A stretch of 64,000 bases of DNA. It comes from an uncultured Porphyromonas sp. GTDB lineage: Bacteria; Bacteroidota; Bacteroidia; Bacteroidales; Porphyromonadaceae. Location of the stretch: NCBI RefSeq assembly GCF_900539765.1, contig NZ_UQDF01000002.1; one strand, written 5' to 3'. The position numbers and the translations under genes were made by a program. Position 1 is the first letter of the stretch. Each line of letters begins with the position of its first letter. This document shows positions 39,470-50,110 of the stretch, piece after piece. A model generated the notes under the pieces. That model saw only the letters and a list, made by a program, of their open reading frames with translations. It made no database searches and was not told the origin of the DNA.

Positions 39470-40055
39470 TTCGCAGGAAAGCTCCTCCACTACCCCACTC
39501 GTCTCGTTAGTTCGCATGACACGGTGTGACCTTTGTAATGAGACGCACCAAAGTCATCTGCCTACGCTCAGACAGCTTTATGAGGAGGCCTTTCCCCGTA
39601 ACGAGCGTCGCCCTTGGAGTGACCTAGAGCAGCTCATCGGGGAGCAGGGCGCTTACCACTTCTTCCTCTTAGAGCATCCCGAGCTAGGCGTCGTGGGCTT
39701 TGTCACGTTGTGGCACTTTGACGACTTCTACTACGGAGAGCACTTTGCCATCCTGCCGCAGCTACGCAACCATCGTCTGGGCGAGCAAACACTGCACACG
39801 GTCAAGAAGTACATTGGGCGTGAGCCCCTTTACTTCGAGGTAGAGCCCGAGACGCTCTCCGAGATAGCTGGGCGACGCATCAACTACTACGAGCGCAACG
39901 GCTTTCAAGTGGTCAAGCGGGACTACCTACAGCCACCGTATCACCGTGAGGAGCAGGGTGTACCGCTCTACATTATGTCGTCCGAGCTGGGCGAGAGAGA
40001 CTTCATCGAGCAGGTCTGCCAGACACTTGTCGATCGAGTCTACCCGCACTTCTAG
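39459..40055 (+). CDS. GNAT-family N-acetyltransferase
   Basis: Acetyl-CoA-binding region (..HRLGEQTLHTVKKYI.. / ..ERNGFQVVKRDYL..). The true start may be the internal Met at about 39516, which would avoid the 11-bp overlap with pgk. Confidence 0.6.
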   Translation: MASSSQESSSTTPLVSLVRMTRCDLCNETHQSHLPTLRQLYEEAFPRNERRPWSDLEQLIGEQGAYHFFLLEHPELGVVGFVTLWHFDDFYYGEHFAILPQLRNHRLGEQTLHTVKKYIGREPLYFEVEPETLSEIAGRRINYYERNGFQVVKRDYLQPPYHREEQGVPLYIMSSELGERDFIEQVCQTLVDRVYPHF

Positions 40056-40080
40056 ACACGAAATTCCCAATCAACGTAAG

Positions 40081-40118
40081 AGGAGACGGCCACACGTGTT
40101 GGTCGTCTCCTTTTGCAT
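40081..40118 (+). terminator. hairpin + T-rich tract downstream of the GNAT gene
   Basis: aggagacg gccacacgtgttggt cgtctcct tttgcatttat. 8-bp stem with a CACGTG-containing loop. Confidence 0.45.
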
Positions 40119-40149
40119 TTATAGACTCGTTGCAGACGCTTGCCACACT

Positions 40150-40320
40150 CTCTCCACGTGAGGAATCACAAATCTTCACGTGGATATTTTTTATTCTCCA
40201 CGTAGGCGAGAAAGATTTCCTCCGAAGTTTCATTTGATTCCTCCGAAGTTTCATTTCTCGCCCACGTGGAGAATTTCTATTCTCTACGTGGATATCTCTA
40301 ATTTTCCACGTGGATATTGC
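40150..40320 (-). repeat. CACGTG-box composite palindromic element, copy 3
   Basis: ctccacgtgagg..cttcacgtggat..ctccacgtaggcgag..ttcctccgaagtttcatttgattcctccgaagtttcattt..cccacgtggag..ctacgtggat..tccacgtggatattg. About 215 bp upstream of gdhA. Confidence 0.75.
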
Positions 40321-40491
40321 ACGATAACGTGCAAGTAGCATTTCGATTAGCCAGTCTAGCCTTGGCGTTTGTAGCCACAAAGCCTGCCTAGGTAGCAACA
40401 ATTCATCAGATTCAGATGCTAAGCACCGATCCTCGCTGAGGCTTTTTGTTTTTTGGAGTAGCGAGGGCTTGCTTCATTGGGAAATAAGGCG

Positions 40492-40499
40492 TAACTTTG
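40492..40499 (+). promoter_or_regulatory. candidate -7 promoter box TAACTTTG for gdhA
   Basis: ggcgTAACTTTGtgg, 36 bp upstream of the gdhA ATG. Confidence 0.3.
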
Positions 40500-40534
40500 T
40501 GGTACATATCTGATAATCCTAATCATTAAATCAA

Positions 40535-41872
40535 ATGAAGACAAGTGAGATCATTGCCCAGCTAGAGGCAAAGCATCCAGGCGAGCCGGAGTTCATCCAG
40601 GCTGTCCGTGAGGTCCTCCTTTCTATCGAGGACATTTACAACCAGCATCCAGAGTTTGAGAAGAACAAGATCGTCGAGCGTCTCGTAGAGCCCGATCGTA
40701 TCTTCACCTTCCGTATCCCCTGGGTGGACGACAAGGGTGAGGTCCAGATCAACCTCGGTTACCGCGTACAGTTCAACAATGCTATTGGCCCGTACAAGGG
40801 TGGTACACGCTTCCACCACACGGTGAACCTCTCTACCCTCAAGTTCCTCGGCTTCGAGCAGACCTTCAAGAACGCCCTCTCTACACTTCCTATGGGTGGT
40901 GGTAAGGGTGGCTCTGACTTCTCTCCAAAGGGTAAGAGCGAGCGCGAGATCATGCGCTTCTGCCAGGCTTATGTCACAGAGCTCTACAAGTATATTGGCC
41001 CGGACATGGATATCCCTGCAGGCGACGTAGGTGTCGGTGGTCGTGAGGTAGGCTTTATGTACGGTATGTACAAGAAGCTCACTCGTGAGTGCACAGGTAC
41101 CTTCACAGGCAAGGGTCACGAGTTCGGTGGATCACGCCTCCGTCCAGAGTCAACGGGCTACGGTGCTATCTATATGGTCAATGATATCTGCAAGCAGCAC
41201 AACATCGACTTCAAGGGCAAGACAGTTGCTATCTCAGGCTTCGGTAACGTCGCTTGGGGTGCTACCATGAAGGCTACTGAGCTAGGCGCTAAGGTTGTCT
41301 GCATCTCTGGTCCTGATGGTTACATCTACGATGAGAACGGTGTCAGCACACAGGAGAAGTTTGACTACATGTGCGAGCTCCGCAACAGTGGCAACGACGT
41401 CGTAGAGCCATATGCTAAGAAGTTTGGCGCACAGTTCTTCGCAGGCAAGAAGCCCTGGGAGCACAAGGTAGACATCGCTCTCCCCTGCGCTATCCAGAAC
41501 GAGCTCAACGGTGACGATGCTAAGAAACTCGTCGAGAACGGTGTAACGATCGTTGCTGAGGTTTCTAACATGGGTTGTACAGCAGAGGCTGCTGAGTACT
41601 TCGTTGAGAAGCGCATCATCTTCGCTCCTGGTAAGGCTGTCAACTGTGGTGGTGTCTCTTGCTCTTGCCTAGAGATGTCACAGAACGCAGCTCACATCTA
41701 CTGGTCTGAGGCTGAGGTAGACGAGCGTCTACATCAGATCATGAAGGACATCCACACTCAGTGCGTAGAGTACGGTAAGGAGCCTGACGGCTACATCAAC
41801 TACGTCAAGGGTGCTAACATTGCCGGCTTCATGAAGGTCGCTAAGGCAATGGTTGGTCAGGGCGTCTGCTAA
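40535..41872 (+). CDS. gdhA: NAD(P)-specific glutamate dehydrogenase
   Basis: ..PMGGGKGGSDF.. catalytic Lys loop and dinucleotide fold (..GFGNVAWG..). 445 aa. Confidence 0.9.
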   Translation: MKTSEIIAQLEAKHPGEPEFIQAVREVLLSIEDIYNQHPEFEKNKIVERLVEPDRIFTFRIPWVDDKGEVQINLGYRVQFNNAIGPYKGGTRFHHTVNLSTLKFLGFEQTFKNALSTLPMGGGKGGSDFSPKGKSEREIMRFCQAYVTELYKYIGPDMDIPAGDVGVGGREVGFMYGMYKKLTRECTGTFTGKGHEFGGSRLRPESTGYGAIYMVNDICKQHNIDFKGKTVAISGFGNVAWGATMKATELGAKVVCISGPDGYIYDENGVSTQEKFDYMCELRNSGNDVVEPYAKKFGAQFFAGKKPWEHKVDIALPCAIQNELNGDDAKKLVENGVTIVAEVSNMGCTAEAAEYFVEKRIIFAPGKAVNCGGVSCSCLEMSQNAAHIYWSEAEVDERLHQIMKDIHTQCVEYGKEPDGYINYVKGANIAGFMKVAKAMVGQGVC

Positions 41873-41889
41873 AACAGATATACAGCACA

Positions 41890-41928
41890 ATAGCCTAGCT
41901 ACACACATATGCGTGTCAGCTAGGCTAT
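41890..41928 (+). terminator. hairpin downstream of gdhA (first of two)
   Basis: atagcctagct acacacatatgcgtgtc agctaggctat is an 11-bp perfect stem. A second 11-bp hairpin lies at 41962-41998 (gagggtcgcta..tagcgaccctc). Confidence 0.45.
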
Positions 41929-42022
41929 AGCTTAGACCTTATTTGTTTGCCTTTTATAAGGGAGGGTCGCTATTCACTCAGCGTGAGTAGCGACCCTCTC
42001 TCTATCTTGTGTCTACGCTCTT

Positions 42023-42050
42023 GAGACTGTTGACTTTTGCGATAGTCTCC
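42023..42050. repeat. GAGACT-N15-AGTCTC conserved-loop hairpin, solitary copy between convergent gdhA and ung
   Basis: gagactgttgacttttgcgatagtctc. Same stem and loop (gttgacttttgc.a.ag) as the 59660 and 60692 copies. Confidence 0.55.
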
Positions 42051-42055
42051 TCTTA

Positions 42056-42721
42056 TCACCAGCGGATCGGCTCGTAGCCGTATCGCTGTAGGTAAGCGTT
42101 GGCCTTGGAAAAGTGCCGACAGCCGAAGAAGCCCCGATGAGCCGACAGCGGACTAGGATGAGGCGCCTCGAGGATGAGGTGCTTCTGGCGGTCGATCAGA
42201 GCCCGCTTACAGCGCGCATAGTTGCCCCACAGCATGAAGACTAGATGCTCTCTCTGGCTACTCAAGAGTGAGATGACCTGATCGGTGAAGGTCTCCCACC
42301 CGCGTCCCTGATGCGAGCCAGCCTCGTGTGCCACGACCGTGAGCGTAGCGTTCAGAAGGAGGACACCCTGACTGCACCATGGCGTCAAATGCCCGCCGAC
42401 GATTTGCGACGGATGCCCTAGATCGGAAGCAATCTCGGTCAGTATATTGCGCAAGCTGGGTGGCACCTCGACACCTTCTGGCACAGAAAAGGCTAGCCCC
42501 TCAGCCTGCCCCACACCATGGTAAGGATCTTGCCCGAGGATGACGACCCGCACATCTTCGAAGGGACAAAGGTCAAACGCTCGAAAGATCTGTCCCCCAG
42601 GGGGGTAGATCCTCTTCGTCTGGTACTCCGAGCGCACAAAAGAGGTTAAGGTCTCAAAGTAAAACTTCTCGAACTCCTCCTCCAGCACCCGATGCCAGCT
42701 AGGCTCTATACGTACATTCAT
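42056..42721 (-). CDS. ung: uracil-DNA glycosylase
   Basis: ..VVILGQDPYHG.. water-activating loop and ..HPSPLSAHRGFFGC.. C-terminal motif. 221 aa. Confidence 0.9.
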   Translation of the reverse strand: MNVRIEPSWHRVLEEEFEKFYFETLTSFVRSEYQTKRIYPPGGQIFRAFDLCPFEDVRVVILGQDPYHGVGQAEGLAFSVPEGVEVPPSLRNILTEIASDLGHPSQIVGGHLTPWCSQGVLLLNATLTVVAHEAGSHQGRGWETFTDQVISLLSSQREHLVFMLWGNYARCKRALIDRQKHLILEAPHPSPLSAHRGFFGCRHFSKANAYLQRYGYEPIRW

Positions 42722-42829
42722 ACGATACGGCTCTTTAGTTTTATCTAAAAGCTAAGCGAGCCTCCTCCGAGCAACGATACTGGTGTCGCTACTAGAGAAG
42801 ACTCGCATATAATGATTGGTAAGCTACGA

Positions 42830-44140
42830 CTACTTGCCCCAGCGCTTGACGACAGCCTCCTGAAGCATCTCTCTAAACTTAGGATGTGCAATGCCGATAA
42901 GTGCCTCAGCACGCTCACGAGCCGTCTTACCACGCAGACGCGCTACGCCATACTCTGTGACGACATAGTCCACATCGTTGCGACCTGTGGTCACAGCAGC
43001 GCCCTCTGCTAGGATAGGCACGATACGACTGATCTCGCCACCCTTAGCGGTAGAGGCGAAGGCGAGGATACTGCGCCCGCCCTTGGAGCGTCTAGCACCA
43101 CGCATGAAGTCCACCTGACCACCAGAGCCACTCAGCATATTGTAACCGATGCTCTCAGCATTGACCTGACCGAGCAGATCGATCTCTAGGCAAGAATTGA
43201 TCGAGACCATGTTGTCGATGCTAGCCACGACAAAGGGGTCATTCGTATAGCTCACAGGATACATCTCAACCTCCTCATTGTGATCGAAGAAGTCATACAG
43301 CTCCTTCGTACCCATTGCAAAGGCTGTTACCACCTTGTTGGCATTGCGTGTCTTACACTTACCAGTGATGACCCCTTTACGCATCAGTTTCATGACTCCA
43401 TCGGTGATCATCTCCGAGTGGATCCCTAGATCCTTGCGATCGGTGAGGTTGCTCAGGACAGCATCAGGGATGGCACCGATACCGAGCTGGAGCGTGTCGC
43501 CATCCTTGATCATCGAGGCACAGATCTCACCGATCTTACGCTCTATCTCACCAGGCACAGCGGGAGGCACTTCAGGTACAGCTGTACTCACCTCGATGAT
43601 ATGATCCAGCTTCGTCACATGGATCAGGTTGTCACCACCGATGAAGGGGAGCTGATCGTTGACCTCTGCGATCACGACACGAGCAGCCTCTGCAGCGGGC
43701 TTGGTGTAGTCGCACGAGAGACTGAAGGAGCAGTAGCCCTCCTCGTTGGGAGGAGTCACCTGGACAATAGCTACATCTACAGGATAGAAGCCATCGGCAA
43801 AGAGTCCTGGTACCTCATGAAAGTGGCAGGGGAAGAAGTCCACCAACCCGGCACGGCACGCCTTACGAGCATTGGCCTCGAGAAAGTTGATCTTAAGCTT
43901 AAAGTGCTGCGCTATCTCAGGGGTAAACTGATACCCAGCGCCATAATACAGGACGTGAAAGATATTACCTGTGGGTAGCTCAGCTACATGCTCCATCATA
44001 CTCTTGAGGATTGTATCTGGAGCAGCAGCCGCATGACCTACGACAATGTTACACCCCTCTGTGAGCTCCTTCTTGAGAGCCTCTAGGGGGGTGGTCAGAT
44101 GAGATTGATAATAGGACTTCCAGTCCTGATTCTTTTGCAT
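42830..44140 (-). CDS. acetyl-CoA hydrolase/transferase family CoA-transferase (4-hydroxybutyrate CoA-transferase-like)
   Basis: Family motifs (..SGSGGQVDFMRGA..). 436 aa. Adjacent to an Fe-ADH, as in succinate/glutamate-to-butyrate pathways. Confidence 0.75.
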   Translation of the reverse strand: MQKNQDWKSYYQSHLTTPLEALKKELTEGCNIVVGHAAAAPDTILKSMMEHVAELPTGNIFHVLYYGAGYQFTPEIAQHFKLKINFLEANARKACRAGLVDFFPCHFHEVPGLFADGFYPVDVAIVQVTPPNEEGYCSFSLSCDYTKPAAEAARVVIAEVNDQLPFIGGDNLIHVTKLDHIIEVSTAVPEVPPAVPGEIERKIGEICASMIKDGDTLQLGIGAIPDAVLSNLTDRKDLGIHSEMITDGVMKLMRKGVITGKCKTRNANKVVTAFAMGTKELYDFFDHNEEVEMYPVSYTNDPFVVASIDNMVSINSCLEIDLLGQVNAESIGYNMLSGSGGQVDFMRGARRSKGGRSILAFASTAKGGEISRIVPILAEGAAVTTGRNDVDYVVTEYGVARLRGKTARERAEALIGIAHPKFREMLQEAVVKRWGK

Positions 44141-44555
44141 AGTGTGTCTAGCTTATCTATTGTTTGAAATGATTCTATACTTAGCCCTCAGAGGCGTAGC
44201 CCCGCCCGTGCTGACCTTTGCACCAATCCGAGCGAGGAGCGCATCAAGCTTTGTCGGATACAAAGATACACATTATTAAGGAAGCGACTTACTTCACGTT
44301 TTTACGAGAGGGATCGTGTAAGGAGTAACTTGCAACAAGCTTTGTCGGTTGACCTATGGAGGTAGCCCTATAGGTTTGGAGTATTTGTTGTCTCGCTCTC
44401 CTTTAGGGCTTGTTGAGACGCTTGGGAACTTTAGGCAGACGTTGAGAACACTAGAATTCAGTCTCCATGGTCTCTCTTATTACCTTTGCACTATCTATTA
44501 AGTAGGCATCGACAAAGTAACAACAGGCGAAACTGGTTTTGCCACAAAACTTGAG

Positions 44556-45719
44556 TTATTCGTAAGCCAGCTCCAATATCTGTCGTACGATCTCGGGCGT
44601 CATATTCTGATGCTCTCCGAGTACAGTCCCACGCTCTGTGAAGCGACGTACCACTTCGTCAATCACCTCGTGGGGCACCTCCGCATCGCGTAGTGTGACC
44701 GAGAGACCGAGCTTGGCGAAGAACTGCTTCGTCGCTTCGATAGCTGCCGTGATAGCATGCTCTTCTCCTTGGCACGCTTGAGGTGTCAAGCCCCATATAC
44801 GAGTAGCGTACTGAAGGAGCTTGTCCTGCTTGCCTAAATGGCGCATCACCTGTAGCGTGGCTGGCAGGATGATAGCGAGTGTATGTCCGTGCGTCAGTCC
44901 CGTCAAGGCGGTCACCTCATGACCTATATAGTGCGTACTCCAGTCTTGGTCCACACCCCAGGAGAGATAGCCGTTAAGGCCGATGGTAGCGCAGAGCATA
45001 AACTCACCCATCAGGTCAACATCCTTATGATTGAGCGTCAGCCCTGGAGCGATCTCAATGAGCGTATGTAGCACGCCCTCGGCCATACGATCCATCAGGA
45101 GCGGACTACGCATCGTCGTCATATACTGCTCCATAACATGAACGAAGGTATCTGCTATACCACACGCTACCTGATAAGGCGGTAGAGAGGTCGGTACACG
45201 AGGGTCTAGGATGGAGAATTGTGGATGCTTGCTTGAGAACGAGTACTTCTCCTGCGTCTCACGACAAGAGATGACACCACCGCTGTTCATCTCCGATCCC
45301 GTAGCGGGGATCGTGAGTACGACACCAAGAGGTAGATGCTCGCCCCTATGCTTGCCAGCACGGACTATATTCCAAGGATCCTGGTCACTGCACATCGCAG
45401 CGATGATTAGCTTGCTCGCATCTATGACTGAGCCACCGCCCACGGCTAGGACAAAGTCGCACTGCTCCTGACGTCCCAGCTGGACAGCCTTACGGATCGT
45501 CTCGACCGTAGGATTGGACTCGATGCCCCAGAACTCGGTCACCGAGCGTCCCTCCAGTGCTTGGCATACAGCATCGTAGACGCCATTGCGCCGTATGCTA
45601 CCACCGCCCATCACGAGGAGGATGCGGTAGTGAGGATCAATGAGCCGAGAGAGCTCGGCTATGCGGCCTTCGCCGAAGACAATCCGCGTGGGATTGTAGT
45701 ATGTAAAGGGTTGTATCAT
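44556..45719 (-). CDS. iron-containing alcohol dehydrogenase (4-hydroxybutyrate dehydrogenase-like)
   Basis: Fe-ADH signatures (..VLAVGGGSVIDASK.., His-rich metal site ..GHEVTALTGLTHGHTLA..). 387 aa. Confidence 0.8.
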   Translation of the reverse strand: MIQPFTYYNPTRIVFGEGRIAELSRLIDPHYRILLVMGGGSIRRNGVYDAVCQALEGRSVTEFWGIESNPTVETIRKAVQLGRQEQCDFVLAVGGGSVIDASKLIIAAMCSDQDPWNIVRAGKHRGEHLPLGVVLTIPATGSEMNSGGVISCRETQEKYSFSSKHPQFSILDPRVPTSLPPYQVACGIADTFVHVMEQYMTTMRSPLLMDRMAEGVLHTLIEIAPGLTLNHKDVDLMGEFMLCATIGLNGYLSWGVDQDWSTHYIGHEVTALTGLTHGHTLAIILPATLQVMRHLGKQDKLLQYATRIWGLTPQACQGEEHAITAAIEATKQFFAKLGLSVTLRDAEVPHEVIDEVVRRFTERGTVLGEHQNMTPEIVRQILELAYE

Positions 45720-45787
45720 GCTTCTTGGTAGATTAAAGTGTGAATAAAGATAGGCTTCGTAGCCTTGCCAAGAGCAAAGATACGAGT

Positions 45788-46690
45788 TTAGTCCATTATC
45801 TTCAGGTAAAGCTGATCGATGATACCGTCCGCCACGCCAATCGTTGGCACGATCACCTGATCCGCATGTAGGGCAGTAACTACTCTAGTGAAAAGCTCAC
45901 CCGCTGGGACGATCACATCGGAGCGGTCGGGCTTCAGATTAAAGCGGGTCATACGCTGCTCATCGGTCAGTGCCGCCAGCGTCTCATAGATCTCTTGCAG
46001 TGCCTCAGCAGAGATGAAGCGAGTATTAGGCTTAGCGAGGTCGGTCGTGCCGTTGAGCCGAGCAAGCCGGTTGATATTGCCACCCGTACCAACGATGGTC
46101 GCAGCTCCATACTCGCTATACAGCTCCGAGAGATACTGGTCGAAAGCCTGAAAGGTCGCATCTCGCACCACTCCGCTCAGCATGCGTACCGTACCTATAT
46201 CGAAAGAGCGTGTAGCGACAGGCTCTCCGCCCACATAGAGGTTTAACTCTGTGCTACCTCCACCCACATCCATAAAGAGGTAGTTGCGATCTGTCGTGAT
46301 GATGCGGTGTATCTTGCTTTGTGCCACAAGAGCAGCCTCCTCCTCACCAGAGATCACCTCTATCTCTATACCAGTCTTGCGTAGCACCTTATCCACGATC
46401 TCATCAGCATTGCTCGCCTCTCGCATCGCTGAGGTAGCGCAGGCTCGATAGTGAGCCACGTCGTAGATCTTCATCAGATGCTTGTAGACCTTCATAAGAG
46501 AGAGTATATCACGCTGCTTCCTCTTAGATATCTGCCCAGAGATGAAAGCATCTTCGCCCAGTCGGAGTGGCACACGCAGGAGCTGCACCTTACTGAGCGG
46601 TTGCTCGGAGAGGTCACTATTGACGCACTTGATCAGGAGCCGCACGGCATTCGAGCCGATGTCGATGGCGGCGAGGTTGAGCTTTCTCAT
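45788..46690 (-). CDS. ppx: exopolyphosphatase / guanosine pentaphosphate phosphohydrolase
   Basis: ..AAIDIGSNAVRLLI.. and ..DVGGGSTEL.. Ppx/GppA ASKHA motifs. 4-bp overlap with ppk upstream. Confidence 0.85.
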   Translation of the reverse strand: MRKLNLAAIDIGSNAVRLLIKCVNSDLSEQPLSKVQLLRVPLRLGEDAFISGQISKRKQRDILSLMKVYKHLMKIYDVAHYRACATSAMREASNADEIVDKVLRKTGIEIEVISGEEEAALVAQSKIHRIITTDRNYLFMDVGGGSTELNLYVGGEPVATRSFDIGTVRMLSGVVRDATFQAFDQYLSELYSEYGAATIVGTGGNINRLARLNGTTDLAKPNTRFISAEALQEIYETLAALTDEQRMTRFNLKPDRSDVIVPAGELFTRVVTALHADQVIVPTIGVADGIIDQLYLKIMD

Positions 46691-48786
46691 ATCTTCGTAT
46701 CAGTGTCTATATCCTGCTGTAGGTAGTAAGCGTAGAGGTCGGTCTGCGAGCGGTACCATGGCGTCGGAGCATCCTCACGCCGAGGACGCCCATCGTGACT
46801 ATTGACGTAGTGTCCCTGCGAGACATCTTGCAGTCCGCACGCCACTATGTGATGCAGGTCTCGCTGTATCTCCTTGTCATAGACTGGAGCAACCACCTCG
46901 ATACGACGATCTAAGTTGCGCTGCATCCAGTCGGCCGAGCCGATGTAGTAGAGCGGATCGTCATTATTGCAAAAAATAAAGATGCGCGAGTGCTCTAGAT
47001 AGCGATCTATAATGCCATAGACGCGAATGTTTTCGCTCACCCCCTTGACACCAGGTACCAACGAACAGTTACCACGCACCAAAAGGTCAACGTCCACACC
47101 CGCTTGAGAGGCTGCGTAGAGACGCTTGATGAGTGCAGGATCAACGATGTGATTCACCTTGACCATAATATAAGCAGGCTTGCCAGCTAGCTTGTTTTTG
47201 ATCTCACGATTGATCAGAGCGGTAAAGCGACGACGCATATCATTTGGCGAAACCAGTAGCTCCTTAAAGTGGGTGTCTAGGTAAGGCTTCTCGATATACT
47301 TAAAGACATCTGCCACCTCCTTGACCACATTCTTATTGGCCGTCATCAGCATCACATCGGTGTAGACACGCGCCGTGCCCTCGTGCATATTGCCCGTACC
47401 GATGCAGGCTATATCTCCATGTCTGGTCGTAATATGAACCAGCTTGCTATGTATCTTCAGCGTCTCAGGACCAAAGAGTACATTGACACCCGCCTCGATC
47501 ATCTCCTTAGCCCAGGCTATGTTGCTCTCCTCGTCAAAGCGTGCTAGCAACTCCACGACGACCGTCACTTTCTTGCCATTTTTAGCCGCAGCTATCAAGG
47601 CGTTGATTACATTCGAGTCCTTGGCAACACGGTAGAGCGTACACTTGATCTCTCGCACCTCTTCACTAATAGCAGCCTCACGGAGGAGTCGCAGGAAGCG
47701 ATCGAAGCTGTGATAGGGGAAGTGTAGATGTCGATCTCTATGACGTACCTGATCGATCATACTCTCCGTAAAGTCAATGCTATCACCTAATATCGGTGGC
47801 TGTGGGGACTTGCAGAGATCATTGCGACCACACTTGGGGAAGTCCATCAAGTCTCTCGAATTGTGGTATCGTCCCCCAGCTACTTTGGCATCATTGCTGT
47901 CTAGACCAGCCTTGCGAAAGATCTTGTTGCGTAGTGTAACTGGCATCTCCTCATCATAAACCACACGGAGCATCTCTCCTTTGCGACGACGACGCAGGCC
48001 CTTGGAGACACGTTGCACTACGCCTGCATCAATCTCTTCGTCCCGAATGTCCATCTCAGCATCCTTGGTAAACTTGAAGGTGTAAGCCTCAAAAGAGTTG
48101 AACCGCAAGCCCGCAAAGATATACTTAAGATTGAAGCGGATCACGTCATCGAGAAACATAATGCAGACCCGTCCCTCTTCATCATCTGCGATACGGATGA
48201 ATCGGCCGAACTTCTCTACTGGAGCCTTGATGATGCCAACGCTCTGACGCAGTGGCTTGCCACTCCCCTCCTGCAGCTCCTTCAGTTGCACTGCTAGGTA
48301 AATCGACTCCTCTATCTGATCTGCCGAAAAGTCCATCTTGCGCAGAGAGAGTGGATTGGTACTCGCACCCAGCTGCCTAATATAAAAGTCAAAGACCTGC
48401 TCCTCCTGTCGTGGCGTCAGCTCCCGCTCGTTGACCACTCGTATGCCCTCCTTAGCGAGATCATCTAAAGCCTGCTGAAAGTACTCCTCAAAAGTAGCCG
48501 CATACTCCTTATTAAGTTTGTAAATCTTGCGTAGCGTACGCTCCGCTTCCTTACGCTGCTGTAGCGACAGATCCTCGTCCTCTGCAATGCGACGTAGCGA
48601 AGCTACTCGCACACGAAAGAACTCGTCTAGATTGTTTGAGTAGATGCCCAGGAAGTTCAGTCGCTCCATCAGCGGTACATCCTCTCGGGCACTCTCTAGG
48701 AGGATGCGCCGATTGAAGTACATCCAGCTTATATCTCGATCTATGTAGGGAAATTTGTTCACTTTGCGTCTCGTTGTTTTGCCCAT
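46687..48786 (-). CDS. ppk: polyphosphate kinase 1
   Basis: PPK1 N, head and two PLD-like C domains (..HSKLVHITTRHG..HEGTARVYTD..). 699 aa. Confidence 0.9.
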   Translation of the reverse strand: MGKTTRRKVNKFPYIDRDISWMYFNRRILLESAREDVPLMERLNFLGIYSNNLDEFFRVRVASLRRIAEDEDLSLQQRKEAERTLRKIYKLNKEYAATFEEYFQQALDDLAKEGIRVVNERELTPRQEEQVFDFYIRQLGASTNPLSLRKMDFSADQIEESIYLAVQLKELQEGSGKPLRQSVGIIKAPVEKFGRFIRIADDEEGRVCIMFLDDVIRFNLKYIFAGLRFNSFEAYTFKFTKDAEMDIRDEEIDAGVVQRVSKGLRRRRKGEMLRVVYDEEMPVTLRNKIFRKAGLDSNDAKVAGGRYHNSRDLMDFPKCGRNDLCKSPQPPILGDSIDFTESMIDQVRHRDRHLHFPYHSFDRFLRLLREAAISEEVREIKCTLYRVAKDSNVINALIAAAKNGKKVTVVVELLARFDEESNIAWAKEMIEAGVNVLFGPETLKIHSKLVHITTRHGDIACIGTGNMHEGTARVYTDVMLMTANKNVVKEVADVFKYIEKPYLDTHFKELLVSPNDMRRRFTALINREIKNKLAGKPAYIMVKVNHIVDPALIKRLYAASQAGVDVDLLVRGNCSLVPGVKGVSENIRVYGIIDRYLEHSRIFIFCNNDDPLYYIGSADWMQRNLDRRIEVVAPVYDKEIQRDLHHIVACGLQDVSQGHYVNSHDGRPRREDAPTPWYRSQTDLYAYYLQQDIDTDTKI

Positions 48787-48811
48787 AAGTTACGATACAA
48801 TTGTATTTGGG

Positions 48812-48819
48812 CAAATGTA
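48812..48819 (-). promoter_or_regulatory. candidate -7 promoter box (TACATTTG on minus strand) for ppk-ppx
   Basis: Plus-strand caaatgta, about 26 bp upstream of the ppk start. Confidence 0.3.
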
Positions 48820-48871
48820 CCACTTGTATGTTGAGGATCTGTTAAGGGAGCTTGTATTCCCCCCTTCCACT

Positions 48872-50110
48872 CTAGTCTCGGCGGAAGATGTCTCGTGTGT
48901 AGACTCGCTCAGCGACATCGTCAAGATCAGGGTGATAGCGGTTGGTGATGATCGCTTGAGAGCGAGCCTTAAAGGTTGCTAAGTCATTCTCCACAAGGCT
49001 CCCGAAGAAGGTCGTATGCTGAGCCAACGTAGGCTCGTAGATGATTACCTTAGCCCCTTTTGCCTTGATACGCTTCATCACTCCTTGGATCGATGAGTGG
49101 CGGAAGTTGTCACTGTGGCTCTTCATCGTCAGGCGGTAAATGCCGATGACACACTCACGCTCTTGCGTGGGGTCGTACTGATTCTCCTCCATATAGCTGT
49201 AATAGCCCGCCATCTTGAGGACCTGATCAGCGATGAAGTCCTTGCGTGTACGATTGCTCGCCACGATGGCACCGATGATGTTTTGCGGCACAGCATCGTA
49301 GTTGGCGAGGAGCTGCTTCGTATCCTTAGGCAGACAGTAGCCTCCATAGCCAAAAGAGGGATTGTTGTAGTGATCACCAATGCGGGGATCTAGGCAAACG
49401 CCCTCGATGATGCTCTTGCTATCCAGCTCCTTGAGCTCAGCATAGGTGTCCAACTCGTTGAAGTAAGAGACCCGCAACGCTAGATAAGTGTTGGCAAAAA
49501 GCTTGACCGCCTCAGCCTCCGTCGTACCCATCAGCAGCACAGGCATGTCTTGGCGAATAGCCCCCTCACGTATCAGCTCTGCGAAGCACTCTGCACGCTC
49601 TCGCTGATGCTCACTCTGCTTGTCATAGCCCACGATAATGCGAGAAGGGTAAAGGTTGTCGTAGAGCGCCTTGCTCTCACGAAGGAACTCTGGCGCAAAG
49701 AGTATATCGTCGCATCCCGTCAGTTCACGCAGATGAGCCGTATAGCCCACAGGCACCGTCGACTTGATCACAATCGTCGCAGCGGGGTTGCAGGCTCGTA
49801 CGGCAGTGACCACCGCCTCGACGGCAGAGGTGTTGAAGAAGTTCTGCACCGAGTCATAGTTGGTCGGCGTAGCCACCACGACGAAGTCCGCCCCTCGGTA
49901 CGCCTCCTCGGCATCTAGCGTAGTGCGCAGCTGGAGCCGTCGTGTCGCCAAGTACTCCTCGAGGTAGTCGTCCTGTATCGGTGACTTACGCTGATTGATT
50001 AGGTCTACCCGCTCGGGCTGTATATCCACGCCCACGACCTCGTGGTGCTGCGCTAGGAGTACCGCCACCGAGAGTCCCACATAGCCCATACCTGCAACTG
50101 CTATCTTCAT
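48872..50110 (-). CDS. UDP-glucose/GDP-mannose dehydrogenase family (UDP-glucose 6-dehydrogenase-like)
   Basis: [14 protein letters not shown].. Rossmann N-terminus, catalytic Cys region (..[10 protein letters not shown]..). 412 aa. Confidence 0.8.
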   Translation of the reverse strand: MKIAVAGMGYVGLSVAVLLAQHHEVVGVDIQPERVDLINQRKSPIQDDYLEEYLATRRLQLRTTLDAEEAYRGADFVVVATPTNYDSVQNFFNTSAVEAVVTAVRACNPAATIVIKSTVPVGYTAHLRELTGCDDILFAPEFLRESKALYDNLYPSRIIVGYDKQSEHQRERAECFAELIREGAIRQDMPVLLMGTTEAEAVKLFANTYLALRVSYFNELDTYAELKELDSKSIIEGVCLDPRIGDHYNNPSFGYGGYCLPKDTKQLLANYDAVPQNIIGAIVASNRTRKDFIADQVLKMAGYYSYMEENQYDPTQERECVIGIYRLTMKSHSDNFRHSSIQGVMKRIKAKGAKVIIYEPTLAQHTTFFGSLVENDLATFKARSQAIITNRYHPDLDDVAERVYTRDIFRRD

